Under the pieces are notes generated by a model. That model was not told where the DNA came from, searched no databases, and saw nothing but the letters and a program-made list of their open reading frames with translations. Both the position numbers and the translations under genes were made by a program. DNA of 64,000 nucleotides from a plasmid, in sequence record AP025967.1; one strand, 5' to 3'. Below are positions 58,201 through 64,000 of this stretch, in pieces (position 1 is the first letter of the stretch; every line of letters starts with the position of its first letter).

Positions 58201-61098
58201 TCTATCATAGTCTTTATAAATCCATTCTATAAATTCATTTTTTAAATTTTCTAATTTAGAATTAGCGATTGCAGTTTCTTTAGGATTTAATTCTCTGATT
58301 TCTTTTCCTGATGGATCTAGTTTTTTATCATAAATGCGAATAGGCTTTCTTAATAATCCATGCTCCAACAAATCAAAGCAACCTATTCTTTCTGTGGCAT
58401 ATTCTGAACGAATATAAGAACTTAAAGAATAGCCAAAACCTTTAAGACTCCATTCGCCTGTTTTTTCCATTAAAAATAAATCATAATCTTTAGGAGTAAT
58501 TTGTAAGGTTTCTTCTATAAATTGTTTGTAATATTTTATAGGTATCCATGTTGTCCCTAAGCTTATTGAAATATCAACCGCTTTTAAATCTTTAGGCAAG
58601 ACTTGTTCTAAGCTTTCTAAATTATTAACAAATTCATTAAAGCCATCTTCTACTAATTTTTTTACTTCTTTATGCTTTGCTTTAACATTGCCAGAAAGAT
58701 ATTTTTCAGCCAAAACATAATTTGCAGGATTTTTGTGATCTTTAAAGATTAATTTATCTTGCTCTAAAGATTTAAGGGTTTCTTCTAAAGGCTGATTTAA
58801 ATTCGTTTCTAAAAATTTTAAATCAATTCTCCCATATTCATTGATACTAGCAATTAATGCTTCTTTTGGAGTCGAGATTTTAATTTCTTTTTGTGCATTT
58901 ATAGTTCTTTTGAAAAAAATATCTGCTTTTGTTGCACTTGGTGCAATAGGATCTATACCTTCTTTTAAAGCTACACTTTTTGAAATACCACTGCTATAAT
59001 TTTTTTCTAGTGCCAAAATTTTGTTTGCTTCCACATCTTCTCTAAAGGCTTTTTTATTTGCATCTCTATTTAAATATCCTTCTTTGGCTACAAATTCATC
59101 ATAAAGCTTGTTTAGATATTTTCTTTGATTTTCTACTAAAAGATCGCTAGATTCATTTTTTTCATATTCAATAAGAGTGTTAAATTGATCTCTAAGAGCA
59201 ATGAGTTTTTTAATTCTTCTTGTATCGTGTTCATTTAAAACAGGTTTTGAAAAGACTAACTCATCATCGCTTCCGATTTTCATGTAGATTTCATTATTGT
59301 ATTCAAAATAATTTCCATCTTTTAACTTACTTAGAGTTTTGCTATATTTTTCGTATTCAGGCGATTCTCTATCAATCCTGTAATAAGATAGCTTGATTTT
59401 TGTTTCTTGATATTTATAAATGTTTTTAGGTAAGGTTTTTGTAAAATTTTCTAAAGCGATTTTTAAATCTCTTCCATCATCTAAGCATTCTAAACTATAA
59501 CCATATTGAGAGCTTTTAATATTCATTTTTCCTAAGATATTTTGTGGATTATTTTTAAAATACTCATTTATTCTAAAGTCATTAAAAACATCAGGGTGCA
59601 TACCTCTTTTTTCAGCTTCATCAAAACGATCGTCATAGTATTCTACGCTTTCTAGCCAAGATTTATCTATATTTAAATCTTTACCTTTTTTAAAAAAGAT
59701 AATATCGGTAGTAACTTCTGTATTAGCTCGTTTTTTAAAAGCATTATTTGGCAATCTTACAGCACCTAAAAATGTTGCTTGTTCGGCTATAAAATTTCTT
59801 ATTGTGCTATTTTTAGAATCTAAAAAATAACTTGATACTACAAAAGCAGCAATTCCATCTTCTTTTAAATTTTTAATTGCATTACCAATAAAATAATTAT
59901 GCACACTCGTTTTATTAAGTGTCGGATCATTTAAATCCAAGATCTTTTTTTGACCAAAAGGCGGATTACCTATAAAAGTATCGTATGGCTTATCAAATAA
60001 ATGGTGCTGAAATGCTTTATTATAAATTGTTTGATTTGGGTGCAAATGCTTTAATATATTTGCACTTATAGTATCAAGCTCTACGCAAGTAAAATGATAT
60101 TTATCGCTATAATTTTTTGCATAAGACAAAAAAGAGCCTATACCTGCACTTGGCTCAAATATTTCTTTGGTGTGATCATCATTATTAAATCCTAGCTGAT
60201 TAAGCCCTTGATAAATTGTATCGATAATAATTTTTGGAGTGTAAAAAGCATCTAAAGTTGAAGTTTTTGCCTTTTCATATTCTGCATAATCAAGTGTGCT
60301 AATAAGTTCTTTAAATTCTTTTTCCCATTCTTTATTCTGATGATCAAAAGCTTGAGGAATACCGCCCCATCCTGAAAATTTATTTAGAATTTCTTGTTCT
60401 TGTTTGGTAGCGTAGCGATTTTCTTGTTCAATAGTTTTTGAAAGTTTAATGGCTTGAAGGTTTTTTTGAAATCTATCTTTTAAAGAACCTAGATAGATTT
60501 CATCATCGCTTACAAAATCTAATTTTTGCCCAGATTTGAGGCTTCTTCTTTCATATCCATCATTTCTTGCTGCAGTTTCCAATACTGATTGTTGATTGTA
60601 GCTTCTTGCAGCATCTGTTCCTTGTCTTTCATCATCATTTCTTGAAATAAAGGAGAATAAATTTGGGGTTCTATCGCTATGTATTGATTGAGATTTATTT
60701 GCTCTTCTGCTAGTATCTCCATATCTGTTAGCCCCTGTTCTCTCTTCTTGTCTGCTTCTTTGCTCTCCAAGATTGCTAATTCCATTTGTGTTTGTGGCAA
60801 TGCTAGTGTCATTAGATCTGACATTCCTAGATTCTTGATTGTGTTCGGATAAAACTCTGCCCATCTCTCTAGTATTATCAAGCTGTATTGTGGAATTTTC
60901 TTGTCTATCCACGCTTGGTGTATTTGATGAAATGCTAGTTCGTTCAATATTGTCTGTAACTTCTCTATGTTCGGATAATTCTCTATTTTGTTGCTCATTT
61001 TCTTCTCCTTGTGAAAATTCTAATTCGATTAGATCAAATAAACTTCGACCGCCATAATCTTTTTCATCTTCAATTTGTCTTTTTGTTTTTTTACTCAT
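55300..61098 (-). CDS. Giant N6-adenine DNA methyltransferase / SNF2-family helicase fusion (DarB-like anti-restriction candidate)
   Basis: MTase motif IV 'IGNPPFG'. Helicase motif I 'GAGKT', motif II 'IIDEAHEFKN', and a helicase C-terminal block. Probable start MSKKTKRQI at 61098 with RBS AAGGA. Confidence 0.8.
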   Translation of the reverse strand: MSKKTKRQIEDEKDYGGRSLFDLIELEFSQGEENEQQNRELSEHREVTDNIERTSISSNTPSVDRQENSTIQLDNTREMGRVLSEHNQESRNVRSNDTSIATNTNGISNLGEQRSRQEERTGANRYGDTSRRANKSQSIHSDRTPNLFSFISRNDDERQGTDAARSYNQQSVLETAARNDGYERRSLKSGQKLDFVSDDEIYLGSLKDRFQKNLQAIKLSKTIEQENRYATKQEQEILNKFSGWGGIPQAFDHQNKEWEKEFKELISTLDYAEYEKAKTSTLDAFYTPKIIIDTIYQGLNQLGFNNDDHTKEIFEPSAGIGSFLSYAKNYSDKYHFTCVELDTISANILKHLHPNQTIYNKAFQHHLFDKPYDTFIGNPPFGQKKILDLNDPTLNKTSVHNYFIGNAIKNLKEDGIAAFVVSSYFLDSKNSTIRNFIAEQATFLGAVRLPNNAFKKRANTEVTTDIIFFKKGKDLNIDKSWLESVEYYDDRFDEAEKRGMHPDVFNDFRINEYFKNNPQNILGKMNIKSSQYGYSLECLDDGRDLKIALENFTKTLPKNIYKYQETKIKLSYYRIDRESPEYEKYSKTLSKLKDGNYFEYNNEIYMKIGSDDELVFSKPVLNEHDTRRIKKLIALRDQFNTLIEYEKNESSDLLVENQRKYLNKLYDEFVAKEGYLNRDANKKAFREDVEANKILALEKNYSSGISKSVALKEGIDPIAPSATKADIFFKRTINAQKEIKISTPKEALIASINEYGRIDLKFLETNLNQPLEETLKSLEQDKLIFKDHKNPANYVLAEKYLSGNVKAKHKEVKKLVEDGFNEFVNNLESLEQVLPKDLKAVDISISLGTTWIPIKYYKQFIEETLQITPKDYDLFLMEKTGEWSLKGFGYSLSSYIRSEYATERIGCFDLLEHGLLRKPIRIYDKKLDPSGKEIRELNPKETAIANSKLENLKNEFIEWIYKDYDRRTDLENIYNERFNTNIEPQYNGEHLELPNFNANIKLKKHQKNAIYRAIQENSIIFDHQVGAGKTLVAICSVMEQKRMGLLNKPLIVVPNHLARQWNDEFYHAYTNANILVATNDDLKKDNREKFFSKIATNNFDSIIMTHSQFKLIPAPYEVIKKQYEEDINILEQTLEKKRNDDNVMRYSVKDLEKRIENFKVKLSDLQTTHKKSKAIDFSELGIDALIIDEAHEFKNLLITTSMGDISGLGNLKGSQKAYDLYSKTQYIHEQNKKLYFLTGTPISNSITELYTLQRYIQPNILKEKGIQAFDSWASTFGEVTNAWELDSSGINYKIVARFNKFKNVPELSTMYKSVADIVTNNDIMKYQKDFVPKLYNDKPINIVAPRSKEIAEFIGIQDENGRWNEGSIVWRMEHQQDDITRNNLLACTTDARKAGLDFRLINPHCDDYANSKINKLIENVFNEYNAWNDDKGTQLIFCDLSTPKQHSQKVALNGNIATPNLNKEEFVNINETIEQTEEENSKSLDELLAEQAKFDVYTDILKKLVAKGIPQNEIRFIHDAKTDLQKGQLFADMNSGKARILIGSTQKMGAGTNVQKRIVALHHLDCPWRPSDLEQRSGRVIRQGNELFMRDPQNFRVKEFRYATERTYDARMWQVIESKARSIEQFRKAGADVRTLEDVTSGAADAAEMKAEATGNPLILLQVQLNSDLRQEEMLYSGYKRQIHNNEESLITNLSKIELLKKDIAKMEILNSIIKENNSEHFQGKYYINDDEKDFIVFKNDTSDLNKSRQAELERNFEKIVKTIADDYQKEYKVLEFKGLLISGERTDLNTLNFYVSTTDGKTIIEPENLIYKRDEKTFFKLESYVNFGGFVKRLNNFYNDLEKFTQLNKNKIENLEKEIVELKSITGDNTPKYKRKDYLEALREDNRIIMDEIEKMSKQKNYKSDFLPKSAKILEDLNKNNNIQKEYDIEI

Positions 61099-61145
61099 TT
61101 GTATCCTTGTAATTTTTGTTTTTTTGCAAGGATATTGTAACATTT

Positions 61146-61412
61146 TTAATTATTAATATTTAAAGTTCTTGCCTCTTTTAAAATCAATTTTCTTATATAA
61201 GTGCCATATTCACTTGCTAAATCTAAAACCATTAATTTTTTCAAAATTTCCATTTCTTGTTCATTAAGTCTGCAAACTACTAAATTATCTCTTCTTAGTT
61301 TTTGATCTACGGTTTTTCTCCCAGCTGATTTTTTATCAGCTTTACTATATGTTTTTTGAGAGCTTGTTTCAGAGTTTAAAGCTTCTGCTATTGTAAATGG
61401 TTTTTTTTCCAT
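61146..61412 (-). CDS. Small RHH-type partition protein, copy B
   Basis: ~97% identical to 10845-11111. Confidence 0.45.
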   Translation of the reverse strand: MEKKPFTIAEALNSETSSQKTYSKADKKSAGRKTVDQKLRRDNLVVCRLNEQEMEILKKLMVLDLASEYGTYIRKLILKEARTLNINN

Positions 61413-61414
61413 TA

Positions 61415-61975
61415 TTATTTATCCTTTCTAATAAAATCTAAAAGTCTTTGATACTCATTGAAAAAATTTGTATAACTTAATCTTGAAAGATTGTTTTCAT
61501 TATAAAGTTCAGTAAAAGAAGCTCCACTACTCATAGAATTTTCAATTATCTTTGAAAATTTAAAGAAAAAGAGATTTAAATCTGTAAAATTGCTTTCAAG
61601 AGTTTCACAAATTTGCCTTTTCTCTTTCTCATCTCTATAATCTGTAACCAAGATACAAACTCTATCATCATTACCTATTTCATTTAAAGTTTCCAATGTT
61701 CTAAGTAAAGAATTGTAATTACTCGTGCAAGGAATAATAATCTTATTACTTTCTTTAATAATATCTAATACCCCTTTTTCTACAAAACCACCAAAATCAT
61801 AAACGCAATTATCTATTTTTTTTGGAGTCGGTAAAATTTTTGCTTTTTCAGGATAAATCTTTTCTATAATAGAATTGTCATTGCTTTGTAAAAAATATTC
61901 CAGATCTTTAGCAATTGAAAAAGCAAAAGGAGTTTTTCCAACACCACCTTTTTTATTTACAACAGATATTATCAT
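61415..61975 (-). CDS. parA: ParA-family ATPase, copy B
   Basis: KKGGVGKT Walker A. A few substitutions relative to copy A (for example DGK to DDR). Confidence 0.8.
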   Translation of the reverse strand: MIISVVNKKGGVGKTPFAFSIAKDLEYFLQSNDNSIIEKIYPEKAKILPTPKKIDNCVYDFGGFVEKGVLDIIKESNKIIIPCTSNYNSLLRTLETLNEIGNDDRVCILVTDYRDEKEKRQICETLESNFTDLNLFFFKFSKIIENSMSSGASFTELYNENNLSRLSYTNFFNEYQRLLDFIRKDK

Positions 61976-62016
61976 AAAAAAACCTTTTTTATATTTTTGT
62001 ATAATATTATATATTA

Positions 62017-62051
62017 TTATTTATTAATAAATAATAAAAATAAATAATATT
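62017..62051. promoter_or_regulatory. 11-bp inverted repeat (TATTATTTATT / AATAAATAATA, 13-bp spacer) upstream of parA copy B
   Basis: Same architecture and relative position as the 11726-11754 palindrome. Confidence 0.3.
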
Positions 62052-62340
62052 TATTTTTGTTTCTTTGATTTTTTAGTGATAGTTTTGTTTTATATTCTAA
62101 ATAATCTTCTAAATGTGTAGGTAGCATGAAGTCAAAAAACAATTAAATTTCATTGATTTTCATAATAAGCTTAATACCTTTGAAAATCCTACAAAAACAA
62201 TATCTCAAAAAGATATAACAAGATAATTCATCATATTAAAATAAAAAATAATTATTTCTTATAATTATTTTGTGAAATATTATATAATAATATTATTATT
62301 TAAAATTAATTTTATTATATATTAATAAATATTAGTATAT

Positions 62341-62530
62341 TATAGTTACTGCTTGTGTTTTTTCTGCTTGCTCTTCAGAGCCAAAAAAGTATGTAATACT
62401 ATGAAGATCCAAAAAATGCTACAGAGTTAGAATCTAAAATCAAAGAATGTGCAAATGCTTCAAGTTATTCTAAATCATTTAATTACAAACCACAAGTAAG
62501 TACAAAAGAACTTATGGAACAAGTAGAGAA
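62341..62530 (+). pseudogene. Degenerate lipoprotein gene copy (inverted relative to 7470-7689)
   Basis: Reverse-complement similarity to 7460-7690. Frame broken. Confidence 0.4.
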
Positions 62531-62537
62531 AATATAA

Positions 62538-62780
62538 ATGAATGATCTTTTTCAAACCCTGGGTGAAAGCATAAAGCAAATCGACTTCACCCACGCTTTC
62601 TTAGGACTTACCAAAGGCAAAAGTCCTGATGAGCTTGATAAAGCAGATGAAACATTAAGACAAGAATATCTTAAAAACAAAGAATGGGACAAGATAGATC
62701 AAAAATGGTATGAAGCTAAAGAACCTAATGAATTCAATGATGGTTTTTGGGGTATTTTGGGGAATTATTTTTTTGTTTAG
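62538..62780 (+). pseudogene. Fusion ORF: virB6-like start (MNDLFQTLGESI) plus residues ~38-100 of the 5429-6769 protein
   Basis: 80-aa ORF. Longer version of the 7308-7459 fragment. Confidence 0.5.
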
Positions 62781-63066
62781 TTCTTTATATGCTTATTTTA
62801 GTGATATAGAATTTTTTGGTGATATGTTAAAGATTGCATTTTTTATATATTCTTATCCATTGTTACCTTACATATCATATTTAACACTACAAGAAACTAT
62901 TAAATCCAAAAATATTTTTCTTTATTATTTTGTATTTTTTTATACATTTTTTTGTATCTTTTTATTTTTTAAAATTAACAATCTCGAAAATTATGCTAAA
63001 CTTGTATAGATTGGTTTTTTTTGATTTTTTAATAATAATTTAAATTTCAACAAAAAAGGAAGTAGT

Positions 63067-63441
63067 GTGATAATACTAAAAAATCTATATATTATTTGGA
63101 TTATAATTTGGGGATTTGGGGCTATTTTAGGTTATTATATGGGATATGATGCAACTTTTACTAAAATGTTCTTTTTTCTTGTTATATTATATCTTTTTCC
63201 ATTGTTGCCTTATTTTTATTATTTGATTTATAAAAAAGCAAGAAATACAAAAAATATATTTGTTGCTATTTGTTGCTATTTGTTGCTATTTGTTGCTATT
63301 TGTTGCTATTTGTTGCTACTATTGATTAATAGAAATAATAGTAATTTTGAGCTGTACTTAATTATTATTGTGATACATATTATAATATTTGCAATAATTT
63401 ATTTAATTAAAAGAAATAAAAATGAAAACTCAAATCAATAA
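63067..63441 (+). CDS. Small membrane protein containing a 10-bp x6 tandem repeat
   Basis: 124-aa hydrophobic ORF. TGTTGCTATT x6 at 63261-63320 encodes VAICCYLLLFVAICCYLLLL. Confidence 0.35.
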   Translation: MIILKNLYIIWIIIWGFGAILGYYMGYDATFTKMFFFLVILYLFPLLPYFYYLIYKKARNTKNIFVAICCYLLLFVAICCYLLLLLINRNNSNFELYLIIIVIHIIIFAIIYLIKRNKNENSNQ

Positions 63442-64000
63442 TTTAAAAGATTATGCAGAACTTGCATGGGCTAGTTATTTTTATTTTGATTTTTTAAATA
63501 CTAGAAATATATTTGAGTTAGATTTTAATCAAGAAAAAATTCAAGAAGAAAATTCTCTTAGAGGCTATAGAGAAATAAAGGTAAATTTAGAACATGTTGT
63601 CAGTCAAAAACATAAAGATAAAGAAGTATTGATTGATTTAAGACAAGATGATGCTTGGCAATCAAAAATGTTAAATTTCTTTGATGAAAAGACAAATTTT
63701 GATAAACTAAATGGAGAATTTGGAGAATTACAGACTAAAAATTTCATTCAAAGATATGAGGTTCAATTTCATCAGCCTAACACTACAAGTGGCTTTAGTG
63801 CTACTTTGTTTTACGATAAACAAAAAGATGAATTTATAGTAGGGTTTAGAGGAACTGAGGGTTTTTGGAATATAGATACGATGCAAGACATAACTCTATC
63901 CCTCAATGGCAATATCCAATCTTCTTCTCTTTTAGAATTTTTAGAACAAGTAAATAAAATAATCAAAAACAAACACAAAAGAATTATATTTGTAGGACAT
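63422..64000 (+). CDS. Class-3 lipase (alpha/beta hydrolase) family protein, 5' part; the gene continues past the window end
   Basis: Manual translation from ATG 63422: ...GFSATLFYDKQKDEFIVGFRGTE...RIIFVGH, i.e. the FRGT and GHSxG lipase_3 motifs with the window ending at GH. Confidence 0.55.
   Translation, partial: MKTQINNLKDYAELAWASYFYFDFLNTRNIFELDFNQEKIQEENSLRGYREIKVNLEHVVSQKHKDKEVLIDLRQDDAWQSKMLNFFDEKTNFDKLNGEFGELQTKNFIQRYEVQFHQPNTTSGFSATLFYDKQKDEFIVGFRGTEGFWNIDTMQDITLSLNGNIQSSSLLEFLEQVNKIIKNKHKRIIFVGH

Noticed and set aside
60519-60998. 159-aa minus-strand ORF overlapping the 5' end of the methyltransferase-helicase gene
   Set aside because: Alternative frame inside the disordered N-terminal region of the 1947-aa protein. 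No independent support.
1-64000. Possibility that the 64-kb window simply wraps around a ~50-kb circular plasmid, which would explain the repeats
   Set aside because: The repeat offsets disagree: +50.3 kb for the par block and +38.1 kb for the primase-Abi block, with one pair inverted. Sequence between the copies is not colinear, so the duplications are real or true assembly features, not wrap-around.

Overview
This is a very AT-rich (about 25% GC) window that looks like most of a Campylobacter or Helicobacter-type pTet-family conjugative plasmid, or an integrated equivalent, and it contains many rearrangements; nearly all genes are on the minus strand. Everything below rests on reading the sequence and recognising protein motifs, because no searches could be run.

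**Backbone.**
- A complete VirB/VirD4 type IV secretion operon runs from 38676 to 26095 on the minus strand: virB2, a fused virB3/virB4, a Rha-like regulator, ssb, virB5 to virB11 and virD4.
- The conjugation helper genes are a type IA topoisomerase, a MobC-like protein plus a relaxase with a candidate oriT, a TOPRIM primase, and a giant N6-adenine methyltransferase fused to an SNF2 helicase (DarB-like).
- ParA with a small RHH protein is present twice.
- An iteron-type origin at 42992-43508 sits next to hicB and a RecA-fold replication protein.

**Accessory content.**
- A 5.4-kb GC-rich island of Gram-positive origin carries tet(O). It also holds a truncated Rep gene, two 40-bp direct repeats, a frameshifted Pre/Mob remnant and a cysteine-rich KTR gene.
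- A vapX/vapD pair with a serine recombinase is bracketed by perfect 18-bp inverted repeats immediately upstream of virB2. This looks like an invertible switch or a small mobile cassette and is the strongest lead in the window.
- Other accessory genes include an Abi_2 abortive-infection gene, a NYN-domain protein, a Hanks-type Ser/Thr kinase and a partial class-3 lipase at the window end.
- A 3.6-kb cassette flanked by 72-bp direct repeats encodes an outer-membrane protein, a C39-like peptidase and a secreted protein with a double-glycine-like motif.

**Rearrangements.**
- The primase-Abi block (2.4 kb) and the par block (1.0 kb) are both duplicated.
- Four mosaic copies of the virB5-3'/virB6-5' junction are fused to different neighbouring sequence.
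- The differences between the two primase-Abi copies seen on alignment lie in A/T homopolymer runs and frameshift several genes. That pattern points to unpolished homopolymer errors or very recent pseudogenisation.
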